64,000 bases of DNA from Bacilli bacterium. Lineage in GTDB: Bacteria > Bacillota_I > Bacilli_A > RFN20 > CAG-826. The stretch lies in the NCBI GenBank assembly GCA_017940265.1, contig JAGAYY010000025.1, forward strand, positions 711 through 64,710, read 5' to 3'. A program made the position numbers and the translations under genes. The notes below the pieces were generated by a model. That model searched no databases, had not been told where the DNA came from, and saw only the letters and a program-made list of their open reading frames with translations. This document shows positions 27,785 through 36,524 of this stretch, piece after piece; the stretch's first letter is position 1, and the number at the start of each line of letters is the position of its first letter.

Positions 27785-28437
27785 AGATAGAGTTTTTACC
27801 TGACAAATATAGGTGTAATTCTAATAACGGAATTACCCTACATAAGAAAGAAGGACTAATCTCGGATCTATCTAGGGTTATTGATTTCGAACACTCTACC
27901 TATCCTAAGAAATGGGTAGATGAAGGAGAGAAATACGTAGGACATGATCAGACAGTAACAGACTTTCTAGGTGATAGACGTGTACTAGAACCAGGTGATA
28001 TGTTTATTCATGCTGGTCAAGTTCTAGCAGTAAATGATCCGGAAACTCTAATCCTTTGTGTTTCGGAGACTGGTGGATTTGCACTTCAGAGATTTGTTAA
28101 TGAAGTACTAGCCGCTGAACTTGAACTCCTAGATACAGACTTGGTTGATACGGAAGTTAAGGTTGAACCGGTTGTAGGGAATGAAGAAAAACCCACCGGA
28201 GAAATAGCCATCCCGTATTATAAAATGAAAGCTTGGCGCGAAAAATTAGACCGCCCAGAAAAAGCTACCTACCCGATTAAGGCAACTATAAACTGCCCTG
28301 ATCTTCTCCTTCCCGTCAGTATTTGGATTGGGGACTGGGAGGCTTGGTACATGGAAGAAGAAATAGATGATCCAGATGTTGCCAAGGATATGGTAGGTAA
28401 AGTTCTGGGATGGACCTACAAAAATGGACTGGTGTAA
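27781..28437 (+). CDS. hypothetical protein
   Basis: 218-aa ORF with an ATGA overlap with the clp-like gene. Confidence 0.5.
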   Translation: MKIEFLPDKYRCNSNNGITLHKKEGLISDLSRVIDFEHSTYPKKWVDEGEKYVGHDQTVTDFLGDRRVLEPGDMFIHAGQVLAVNDPETLILCVSETGGFALQRFVNEVLAAELELLDTDLVDTEVKVEPVVGNEEKPTGEIAIPYYKMKAWREKLDRPEKATYPIKATINCPDLLLPVSIWIGDWEAWYMEEEIDDPDVAKDMVGKVLGWTYKNGLV

Positions 28438-28459
28438 AAACCGGTCCTTATTTTTTTTG
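28426..28459 (+). terminator. rho-independent-type terminator
   Basis: Stem ggactggt/accggtcc followed by a T-run. Confidence 0.6.
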
Positions 28460-28553
28460 TAATTAAGAGCTTCTGGGGACTAATTCCAAGATAAAGTATA
28501 AAATCATATATTATGTTATCTATGATAACTAGGTATATGATTTTTTTATTTCC

Positions 28554-28740
28554 TCTTGGGTCGCCCACCTAGCCAGTCGCTTCGCTCCCGCCCGACCCAA
28601 GACTTTACTTCAGAAAACCTGAAGTAAAGGATATCACAAGACCATAATACTATATTCAAGGTGAGGGAGGGAACCGACCTCTCTTGAATAAGTCTGAGCC
28701 TTAGTGAGGGCTTTGTCCCGAACGTCTAAGGTGAAGACTA
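28554..28740. other. GC-rich, highly structured intergenic island (candidate ncRNA or cis-element)
   Basis: Perfect 10-bp stems are present: tcttgggtcg/cgacccaaga (28554-28602) and tttacttcag/ctgaagtaaa (28604-28628). A 7-bp stem attcaag/cttgaat (28654-28689) follows, with further pairings to about 28740. No ORF covers the region. Confidence 0.4.
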
Positions 28741-28845
28741 GATAAAAATTGCAGGGACATTATATAAGAGATTACCTCAGATTAGAAAAATAAAATTGCA
28801 GTTTCACGCTTCAGAGAAGCTCAAATCCTTACTGATGAATAAGAG

Positions 28846-30993
28846 ATGGTTCCCCAGAAACTCTCAATTACAGTTTCTGTGTCTGGAATCATGAAACGAC
28901 TAAAATATATGAGTATGAAAAAATTTGTTGTTAGCGTGCCAAAAGGGGTGCGTTATATTGGAGAGTGGAAAGAGTATAGTTTGAGGAATTATGCCTTTCC
29001 TCATATTTTGAACAAAACCTTAACGGGATGTGGATATACTGAATATTGTATAACCAATGACCAGGACCTCATTGTGTGTAGTCCTCGTCGTATCCTCTTA
29101 GAAAATAAAGAGTCTCAACATCAGGGGGAGGTATTCTATGCTAGGAGTGGAATCTATGGGCCCCTAGGATATGACAGAGATTTAACTGTCCCTAAGAAAT
29201 TTACTGGTCCGAGATTTATTAGTTCGCAGATGAGAGCTGAGATGGAAGCCAAGGAGAAAAGAAAGGCTGAAGAAAGGGCTAAAGCTATTCTGGAATTTAA
29301 GAATAGTATATTTCAGTATTATCAAGAGTGTCGAGCTAGGGGAGTACCAGTTAAGATCTTGGTTACTTATGATTCCTTCCGTCACGTTAAGGAAGCATTA
29401 GGTCTTCATATTGAGGAATTTCAGGTAGTTATCGACGAGTTCCAATCAGTTCTGGTGGATGCTAAATTTAAATCGGAAACAGAGTTAGACTTTCTTAATC
29501 AGCTCCTAGGTCTTCAGAAGGTATGTTTTGTATCTGCTACGCCCTTGATGGATAAATACCTTGATAGACTAGATGAATTTAAGGATCTACCATACTATGA
29601 GCTTGACTGGAAAACTGAAGATCCTGGAAGAGTTATTAGTCCGGAAATTAAGGTTAAAACATATGAAGGTAGTTTAACGGCCGAAATCACTAAAGTTATA
29701 GATAAATACCAAAAAGGAAAGTATGAAGTCTGGATGGTTAATGATGAAGAAAAAGGTCACCACGAAATTCAGTCCCGGGAAGCTGTCATTTATGTTAACT
29801 CGGTAAAAACTATTTGTAGTGTAATTCGACGTAATAGATTAACTTTGGAGAATACTAATGTCCTGTGTGCGAGAACTACCGAGAACACAAAAAAGATCAG
29901 GGAAGCATTTAATGACTCGTATAGAAAGCAGGAATTAGCGCATCGAGTATCTACGAAGGATGATCCTATTGGTAGTGTTCCTAGGAGAGGTGAGGTGCAT
30001 AAGATGTTTACTTTATGTACCAGAACAGTATACCTAGGAGCGGACTTTTATTCAACCAATGCACAGACCTTCGTATTTTCCGATGCGAATATTGACTGCT
30101 TAAGTGTTGATGTTAGTACAGACTTAGAACAAATCTTAGGGAGGCAGAGACTAGACATTAACCCCTGGAAAAATACTGCTAATGTTTGGATTAAGCTTTC
30201 GACAGCCCTACTCACTAAGGCAGATTTCGATAAGGAATTAGAGAGAAAAGTTAAGACTACGTATGATCTTCTTGGTTCATATGATTATTCACCTACCGAT
30301 ATGAGACATTCATTGGCCGATAAATATAGGAAAGATGCTATTAGTTCTGCCTATAAAGATGATTATGTAGCCGTGAATAGACATGCTGGATCTGATCTTT
30401 TGCCAGTATTCAATAACTTAATGTTGATTGCTGATGAGAGAACTTATGAAATTCAGCAAATTGACTATAAGGATAGATTTAGTGTATATAGTACTATGAA
30501 GTCTGAAGGATTTATAGTCGAGAGCTCTGATATTGTGGCTTCAGTAGATGAGTTTAAATGCCTAACTAGATTTACTGATAGAATGATGTTAGTTGTAGAT
30601 AAAGAGAAGACGCTATCAAGGGAGGACTACATAACCTTCTTGGGAAGAATTCCATCAGAGTATAGAAACTATATAGAAGCCTTAGGGACTGATGAAATCA
30701 AAGCTTCGGGATATCAGAGATCTAAGATATTTGAAAGGTGGAGTAAACTTATGAATATAGACTCCAAGGAAGATCTTGTTAGATTCAGAGTTTATACAGA
30801 ATTTGAAATAGGTTTTAATTACACAAAAGCTCAAATTAAAAACAAACTTCGAGAAATTTATACTGAGATTGGATATCGAGGTACACCTAAAGCTATAGAT
30901 ATAGAAAAATGGTTTGAAACCAGGGCAACTATGTTTACAAATAAAGAAACAGGTAAAAGAGAAGCTGGTTTTGAAATAATTAAACAGTTATGA
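28846..30993 (+). CDS. SF2 (DEAD/DExH-like) helicase. The start is uncertain: alternative ATGs lie at 28891 (MKRLKY...), 28909 and 28915.
   Basis: Motifs seen: VVIDEFQS (motif II), FVSATP (motif III), QILGRQRL (motif VI), and a degenerate motif I (LTGCGYT). Confidence 0.6.
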   Translation: MVPQKLSITVSVSGIMKRLKYMSMKKFVVSVPKGVRYIGEWKEYSLRNYAFPHILNKTLTGCGYTEYCITNDQDLIVCSPRRILLENKESQHQGEVFYARSGIYGPLGYDRDLTVPKKFTGPRFISSQMRAEMEAKEKRKAEERAKAILEFKNSIFQYYQECRARGVPVKILVTYDSFRHVKEALGLHIEEFQVVIDEFQSVLVDAKFKSETELDFLNQLLGLQKVCFVSATPLMDKYLDRLDEFKDLPYYELDWKTEDPGRVISPEIKVKTYEGSLTAEITKVIDKYQKGKYEVWMVNDEEKGHHEIQSREAVIYVNSVKTICSVIRRNRLTLENTNVLCARTTENTKKIREAFNDSYRKQELAHRVSTKDDPIGSVPRRGEVHKMFTLCTRTVYLGADFYSTNAQTFVFSDANIDCLSVDVSTDLEQILGRQRLDINPWKNTANVWIKLSTALLTKADFDKELERKVKTTYDLLGSYDYSPTDMRHSLADKYRKDAISSAYKDDYVAVNRHAGSDLLPVFNNLMLIADERTYEIQQIDYKDRFSVYSTMKSEGFIVESSDIVASVDEFKCLTRFTDRMMLVVDKEKTLSREDYITFLGRIPSEYRNYIEALGTDEIKASGYQRSKIFERWSKLMNIDSKEDLVRFRVYTEFEIGFNYTKAQIKNKLREIYTEIGYRGTPKAIDIEKWFETRATMFTNKETGKREAGFEIIKQL
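30550..30993 (+). repeat. direct repeat copy 1 (3' end of the helicase gene)
   Basis: Similar at DNA and protein level to 31518-31955. The final 27 nt (gg[t/c]tttgaaataattaaacagttatga) match at 26 of 27 positions. Confidence 0.8.
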
Positions 30994-31955
30994 TTTATTT
31001 AATACGTGTTAAATACGAAAAAGAGACTTTACTTAAGATAGGATATACTGAAGACTCTCGTAAGAAACTTAGATATTCTAATTATAAAATGCATAATCCT
31101 TTGTATGAATTATTGAATGAAATTCCAGAGGGAGATTTACAGGATGAAACAAACTTACATTACAAGTTTCGTCATCTACTGAAATACGGAAGAGAATGGT
31201 TTAGTGAAAGTAAGGAAATATATGAATTCTTTAAATCTCACACTACTAAAGAGTCTCTACAGGAGCTCAAGCCTTATTTTCCTTCGTTTATTAGATCAAA
31301 GCAACTTCCAATAGTTAATCCTTATGTAAATGCTATTGTTAGAGTTCTAGGAAATAACATGACTCCGGTAGATATTAATAACCTAAGGGAGGATCTTATT
31401 GACTGTGTTCCGGAATTAATCGACGGTTATATACAAAGACTGTTTCCTAATGAGTTTAATGAGATTATTAAGGCATATAAAGACTTAACTGCCAGTAATA
31501 GTACTCCTGAACTGGATGAGTTTAATAGTCTCGCTAGATTTGATGATAGAATGATGTTAGTTGTAGATAAAGAAAAGATATTATCTAGAGAAGACTACAT
31601 AACTTTTTTGACCAGAATTCCTGCTGAATATAGAAATTATGTGGAAACTCTTGGAACAGATGAAATTAGGGCGGCTAGCTATCAAAGATCTAAGATATTT
31701 GAAAGATGGAGAAAATTAGTTAGTATTGATTCAGCCGAAGATTTAGTTCGGATGAGAGTTTATACAGAATTTGAAGTAGGAAAAAGATATTCTAATCTTC
31801 AGACAAAACAAATACTGAATGAAATATATCAAGAATTAGAATATCAAAAAACACCCAAAGCTACTGATCTAGAAAATTATTTTGAAGTTAAACATTTAAA
31901 AGTAACTATAGACGGTAATAGGGTTAATGGCTTTGAAATAATTAAACAGTTATGA
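30990..31955 (+). CDS. T5orf172 (GIY-YIG superfamily) domain protein fused to a copy of the helicase C-terminal domain
   Basis: The N-terminus reads MIYLIRV...LLKIGYTEDSRKKLRYSNY...LHYKFRH...GREWF. The C-terminal ~145 aa are collinear with the helicase C-terminus. Confidence 0.65.
   Translation: MIYLIRVKYEKETLLKIGYTEDSRKKLRYSNYKMHNPLYELLNEIPEGDLQDETNLHYKFRHLLKYGREWFSESKEIYEFFKSHTTKESLQELKPYFPSFIRSKQLPIVNPYVNAIVRVLGNNMTPVDINNLREDLIDCVPELIDGYIQRLFPNEFNEIIKAYKDLTASNSTPELDEFNSLARFDDRMMLVVDKEKILSREDYITFLTRIPAEYRNYVETLGTDEIRAASYQRSKIFERWRKLVSIDSAEDLVRMRVYTEFEVGKRYSNLQTKQILNEIYQELEYQKTPKATDLENYFEVKHLKVTIDGNRVNGFEIIKQL
31518..31955 (+). repeat. direct repeat copy 2
   Basis: See 30550-30993. Confidence 0.8.
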
Positions 31956-32887
31956 AAGTAATTAAGAGTAGTGTTCAGGTCTTAGAACAAGGACCTGGTT
32001 TGGAAGGTATGTTTAAGCATATCGAGCGTGTTGGTAGAATCTCCTATAAGTCTGAGGATAGAATAGGTCCAGATTCGTGGAAGAAATTTGTTGAGGGACT
32101 TAGGAGAAGAGGACATTGGGCCGTTTTCGAGCACGGAACAGTCTATGTCAGGGTAGATAGAATCGATAACTTACCCACCATATTCCTCGAAAGATCTAGA
32201 TGGGAAAGAGATAACGATTCTGGATATCTCCTGACAACAAATTACCGTGCTATTTGTCAGGCCGGTTTGGGAGAAGGAAACTGGTTGGAAGAACATTGGG
32301 TAGAGCCTGAAGGACGACCAGAGAGAGTATCGGCGTTATTTGTTTGTTCGAGAGCCACTTCACATCAGTTGGTACGTCATAGAAAATATAGTTTCCTTCA
32401 GGCGTCTCAGAGATATTGTAATTACTCCAAGGATAAGTTTGGTGGAGAACTTACCTATATATTACCAGCCTGGGCATATGATGTAAGAGATGATTGGGCG
32501 GCTAGTATAGACCCGTTGACAGGTGAATCATATGGTTGGCTCAGAAAACAGGATGGTCAGGAGTTATGGAATTCGTTGTGCTGTTTAGATCGGACTGTTT
32601 CTTCGAGGGATGACCTATGGAAGAGAATAGAAGATGAGTATATGATTGAGACCTCGGAAAATGATGGTACTAAGCTTAAACCAGAAGAAGCCCGTGGAAT
32701 CTTACCCAATGATATAATGACAGAACTTGTTATGACGGGATGGATTAATGACTTCTATGAGGTACCGGCTGAAGGGAGTCCGGAAAAAGTTGGATTCTTC
32801 TTCCTTCGATGTGCCCCAGATGCTCAACCAGATATTAGAATCTTGGCTGAAGAATTAAAACGTAAGTTAGATGAATATACTAAGTAA
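31952..32887 (+). CDS. thyX: flavin-dependent thymidylate synthase
   Basis: The ThyX signature RHRxxSxxxxSxRY is present as LVRHRKYSFLQASQRY. The N-terminus (RISYKSE...GHWAVFEH) is typical. Confidence 0.85.
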   Translation: MKVIKSSVQVLEQGPGLEGMFKHIERVGRISYKSEDRIGPDSWKKFVEGLRRRGHWAVFEHGTVYVRVDRIDNLPTIFLERSRWERDNDSGYLLTTNYRAICQAGLGEGNWLEEHWVEPEGRPERVSALFVCSRATSHQLVRHRKYSFLQASQRYCNYSKDKFGGELTYILPAWAYDVRDDWAASIDPLTGESYGWLRKQDGQELWNSLCCLDRTVSSRDDLWKRIEDEYMIETSENDGTKLKPEEARGILPNDIMTELVMTGWINDFYEVPAEGSPEKVGFFFLRCAPDAQPDIRILAEELKRKLDEYTK

Positions 32888-33818
32888 TATAGATGAGCTT
32901 CGTGGCTTCTTAAGTTTCACAGAGTGGATTGAGACTGAATTAACTAGAGAACCAGAGAAGTGTTATCGATGTAATAGACCTCTCTCTCCATTATCTTGGT
33001 TTGATCCCGATTACTATACTCTTCCGTGTTGGGATTGTATTGGGAAGAGAAAATCGGACCGAGAGGTTATGACGGAGAATATAATCAGAAACATTCGAGA
33101 TTATTATCTAGGGAGAATACTTGGGGATAGATATTTTCAGCTTTTCATAGTTGATCCAATCTATTACGCCAATACCCTCCCTCATGATTATACCGAATTT
33201 AAGAAGGTAATAACTCAACTTGGTCCTCCCCCACGTAATGATATCTGGTTTATTGATTGGAAACCCGGATATCCCAAGTTAGTATGTAGAGAGAACTTAG
33301 TGGGACTCAAGGTAGTAAATCTGTCTAATCGATATCCTAGAGTAGATCTGGGAAAATCCAAGATCACTATTGAAGATTACGAGATTGTTATGCCGGTAGA
33401 AGTTAGTCCGGATACAAGACATAAGACTAGGTATGGTATCTTCTCAAAAGGATCAGATAATAGAAAATCCAAACGTGTCAAGGTATCAGAGAAATGTTAT
33501 CGTCTCTGGAATACGGATGTGGAAGGTGTTAAATCAATTTTCAAGGTATATAAAGGAGGTGAGGAGATAGCATTCAGGAGTCTAACATATCAAGACTACG
33601 TAATCCTGAAGTTAGCCGTTATGAGGGATAGATCTTTTATTAAGTTCTTGTTTGATCTCCTCTCCGAACTAATACGATCGACCGGCACTTATAAAGATTC
33701 GGTATTTCTTAAGAACAAGGTAGTAATAGATCCGAAGAAACCAGGAAAGCTTAACCTAATTTGGAATCCGCTTTCTCCTGATATTGATCCAGACTACATA
33801 AATATTTCGATTTTATGA
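32871..33818 (+). CDS. hypothetical protein
   Basis: 315-aa ORF. Confidence 0.5.
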   Translation: MNILSNIDELRGFLSFTEWIETELTREPEKCYRCNRPLSPLSWFDPDYYTLPCWDCIGKRKSDREVMTENIIRNIRDYYLGRILGDRYFQLFIVDPIYYANTLPHDYTEFKKVITQLGPPPRNDIWFIDWKPGYPKLVCRENLVGLKVVNLSNRYPRVDLGKSKITIEDYEIVMPVEVSPDTRHKTRYGIFSKGSDNRKSKRVKVSEKCYRLWNTDVEGVKSIFKVYKGGEEIAFRSLTYQDYVILKLAVMRDRSFIKFLFDLLSELIRSTGTYKDSVFLKNKVVIDPKKPGKLNLIWNPLSPDIDPDYINISIL

Positions 33819-34948
33819 TTAACAAAATAAAAGGTGCCGGTCTAGATTTCACCGACTATAGATCTAAACCCTCATTACTAGAACGGCCGGAGTATGTACA
33901 CTTGGATATTCGGTCTAATAATTCATATCTCTTCGAGAATGTAATTACCGAAGAGACTCAAGTGTGTTGTACGGCCGAATTTCATGAGGGCTTATTTGAT
34001 GGAATAGAGGGGTTATTATCTGAGATAGGTCGGTCGTGGGTAGAGGTGCTTCTAATTTCGGGGGAGATAACTAACACCGAGCCTCTTCTTAGATTACTTG
34101 AAGCAGGTTATGTCAAAGATATTGGTGTTTCTTGTCCCCCGTCCCCTGAGCACCTTAAAAAGACGACCGATAAGATTAAGGAGGTCATAATTCCTAAGCA
34201 TGTTTCCCTTAATATCTCACCAGTCTATTTTCCCTGGTCAATCCTTAAGGAGGCGGAGGAAGAAGAACTAGAGGTTATTGGGTTAAATCCCTTTGGTGAC
34301 AGGATCTCTAAGACTGCAACTATTGATTCCTTCGGTATTCCATACTTACTAGGGTTTGCTGCTAGGTATTCAGATATAGTATTTACAGACGAAGAAGAAA
34401 ATCTAGACTACCTCTCAGCCTTGATTGGAAAAGAATTAGGTCCGGAGTATGAATTAACCAAAGATACTAATCATCTGTTTAAGCCGTATAAACGAATGAT
34501 TTACTCATCGATCACTCCTTCACCCGAGTTGATTGTTCCATATGATGCTCAAACCTATATCTTCAACCCCTCCGAACTAACCTTAGGATTTTCACCAGGA
34601 AGATTACAAGTTCCGGAGGATGAGAATTACCCACCCCTTATTTCCAAGGTACTCGAAGGATTTTATGGATATCTTGAACTTCTGAATCCCTATACGGAAG
34701 GAACAGGGATAGAGAATTACATGTCTTGTATTCGTCCAAAAGTTAAGGGTCTAATTTCTAGTATCTTAGGATCAGTGTGGAAAGTAGAAACGGTTAACCT
34801 TGGGAAGACAGTATTTGTGTTTAGGGCTACGACTGAAATAGTAGAAAGAAGATTCTTACGGCGGGCTAAGACTAGAATAGAGACATTAAATTTCTTGTTA
34901 GCTTCTGGTCAAGATAATAAATTAGAGCTTGCTTATTTACCAAATTAA
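33815..34948 (+). CDS. hypothetical protein
   Basis: 377-aa ORF. Confidence 0.5.
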   Translation: MINKIKGAGLDFTDYRSKPSLLERPEYVHLDIRSNNSYLFENVITEETQVCCTAEFHEGLFDGIEGLLSEIGRSWVEVLLISGEITNTEPLLRLLEAGYVKDIGVSCPPSPEHLKKTTDKIKEVIIPKHVSLNISPVYFPWSILKEAEEEELEVIGLNPFGDRISKTATIDSFGIPYLLGFAARYSDIVFTDEEENLDYLSALIGKELGPEYELTKDTNHLFKPYKRMIYSSITPSPELIVPYDAQTYIFNPSELTLGFSPGRLQVPEDENYPPLISKVLEGFYGYLELLNPYTEGTGIENYMSCIRPKVKGLISSILGSVWKVETVNLGKTVFVFRATTEIVERRFLRRAKTRIETLNFLLASGQDNKLELAYLPN

Positions 34949-35050
34949 TGAAACGCTCTTCTTAAGCCGTGAGAACCTTATCCCTGAGAGATTCCCTTAG
35001 TGCCCTGGGTATTAGGGGAACAATAAAATAAATTTTATATTATAATAATT

Positions 35051-35542
35051 ATGAGAATTTATAATGGTACTAAATCAACGTTAATCTTGCCATTAACTGG
35101 CAATGAGCGTGTAACTATTGCGCCTAAGACTCCGTCTGGCAACGTTTTGTGTAGTAATGATTTCTTGTCTTTGTTAGTTACATCATATACAACAGATGAA
35201 GTAGCTATCATCGCATCAGGCCCTTTTGAGGTAACAGCATGTGCCAATGTTCCAACAGCAGTTAATTATGTTGTTCAGTCATTGGATGAAGCAATTCAGC
35301 GTTTTGCGCCGAAGCCAGAGACAAAGGAACCAGCTCCTAAGGTTGTTGACGAAGAGCCAGCTGCCCCAGAAGCAGTGGTTGAACCCGAGCTTGAGGTAGA
35401 GGAAGAGCCCGCTGCTCCTGAAGAAGAGGAGGTAATCCCAGAGGATGCTGCCCCCGAGGAAGAAGCTGCTTCAGTCGAAGAAGAGACCATGCCTACCGAA
35501 CAGCATGAACGTCGCAAGAAGGATAAGAAAAAGCGCAAGTAA
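35051..35542 (+). CDS. hypothetical protein with a Pro/Glu/Ala-rich acidic tail and a basic C-terminus
   Basis: 163 aa. EEPAAPE-type repeats are followed by RRKKDKKKRK. Third codon positions look more GC-rich than in neighbouring genes. Confidence 0.55.
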   Translation: MRIYNGTKSTLILPLTGNERVTIAPKTPSGNVLCSNDFLSLLVTSYTTDEVAIIASGPFEVTACANVPTAVNYVVQSLDEAIQRFAPKPETKEPAPKVVDEEPAAPEAVVEPELEVEEEPAAPEEEEVIPEDAAPEEEAASVEEETMPTEQHERRKKDKKKRK

Positions 35543-35563
35543 ATTAATTAACAGGAATCTCTT

Positions 35564-36520
35564 TTGTATGAAAATAAATCAAAGGAGATTCCATGTTTTC
35601 TACGTATGGTAGATTATAAAGAAGTAAAAAGAAAAAACGGCAATGTCTTGATCTTTTGTAACTTCGAAGATCTCTTGAAGGAGGCCTACGGAGTTAAAAC
35701 TATGGATGAAGTATTACCTATGGCCAGTGGTGATGAATATATATGTCATTGCCCATTTTGTAAGGCCGAAGGACATACTAAACATAAACTCTATATCAAG
35801 ACAGACCTAACTGTTGGGCATTGTTTCGTTTGTACTCGAAATTTTATTAACCTAACAGATGAAGTAAAAACAGAATATAAGATTCCAAATTTTCTAGGAT
35901 TTATGGGTTCACCAGGTCCACTTGAATTAGTAAGATTGACGGATCCTATATGGTCACTAGATAAATTTAAGTATGAGTTTGATGATTTCTCTCAGGAAGG
36001 ATATGATTATTTAATAGGTCGTCATGGATTTATGAGCGACTTATATAAAGTTCTAGATTTCAAGTTTATGGATGGAAATATAGTCATGCCTTTCAAATAT
36101 CATGGAGAGATATTCTATTATCAGATTCGATTCTCAGGGTCTTCTAATATTCGTTACTTCTTTCCTCCTATCTCGGCAAAACCTCCGTATATAATTGAAA
36201 AACCAGTTAATAAGAATTTTATAATCTGTGAAGGTGTCTTTGATGCTATTGCTTGTCTAATTATGGCACCAGACTATACGCCCTTCGCAGTATTGGGGTC
36301 ATCGATTTCAGAATATCAGATGAAATTTCTTAGGGAGTATGTCCCCGAGAAAATACTGGTTTATATGGATGAGACAAAGATATCTAATAGAATTGCCGAG
36401 AACTTAAAACAAGAGGTGGGATATTGTCCAATAGGTATAATTCGCTCGACAGGTGAAGATCCAGAGGAAAACCTAAAGAAACGATTAGCCTTCGGGAAAC
36501 CACTTCAATGGATAAAATAA
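35564..36520 (+). CDS. DNA primase (DnaG-like zinc finger plus Toprim)
   Basis: The zinc finger is CHCPFC...HCFVC. Toprim residues are ICEGVFDA and YMDETK. The tracked start is TTG, so the true start is uncertain. Confidence 0.7.
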   Translation: MYENKSKEIPCFLRMVDYKEVKRKNGNVLIFCNFEDLLKEAYGVKTMDEVLPMASGDEYICHCPFCKAEGHTKHKLYIKTDLTVGHCFVCTRNFINLTDEVKTEYKIPNFLGFMGSPGPLELVRLTDPIWSLDKFKYEFDDFSQEGYDYLIGRHGFMSDLYKVLDFKFMDGNIVMPFKYHGEIFYYQIRFSGSSNIRYFFPPISAKPPYIIEKPVNKNFIICEGVFDAIACLIMAPDYTPFAVLGSSISEYQMKFLREYVPEKILVYMDETKISNRIAENLKQEVGYCPIGIIRSTGEDPEENLKKRLAFGKPLQWIK

Positions 36521-36524
36521 AAAC

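Noticed and set aside
28746-28802. Two copies of AAAATTGCAG, and other short direct repeats, considered as a CRISPR-like or iteron array.
   Set aside because: There are only two copies and no regular repeat-spacer periodicity. No CRISPR array is present in the window.
28826-28870. A CUGAUGA sequence (ccttaCTGATGAataag) with a downstream GAAAC, reminiscent of a hammerhead ribozyme core.
   Set aside because: I could not form stems I, II or III around it. CUGAUGA alone is expected by chance in 64 kb.
35059-35538. Antisense ORFs 35059-35247(-) and 35296-35538(-).
   Set aside because: They are the mirror image of the repeated GAA/GAG/CCN codons of the PE-rich gene (an S/G/A-rich artefact).
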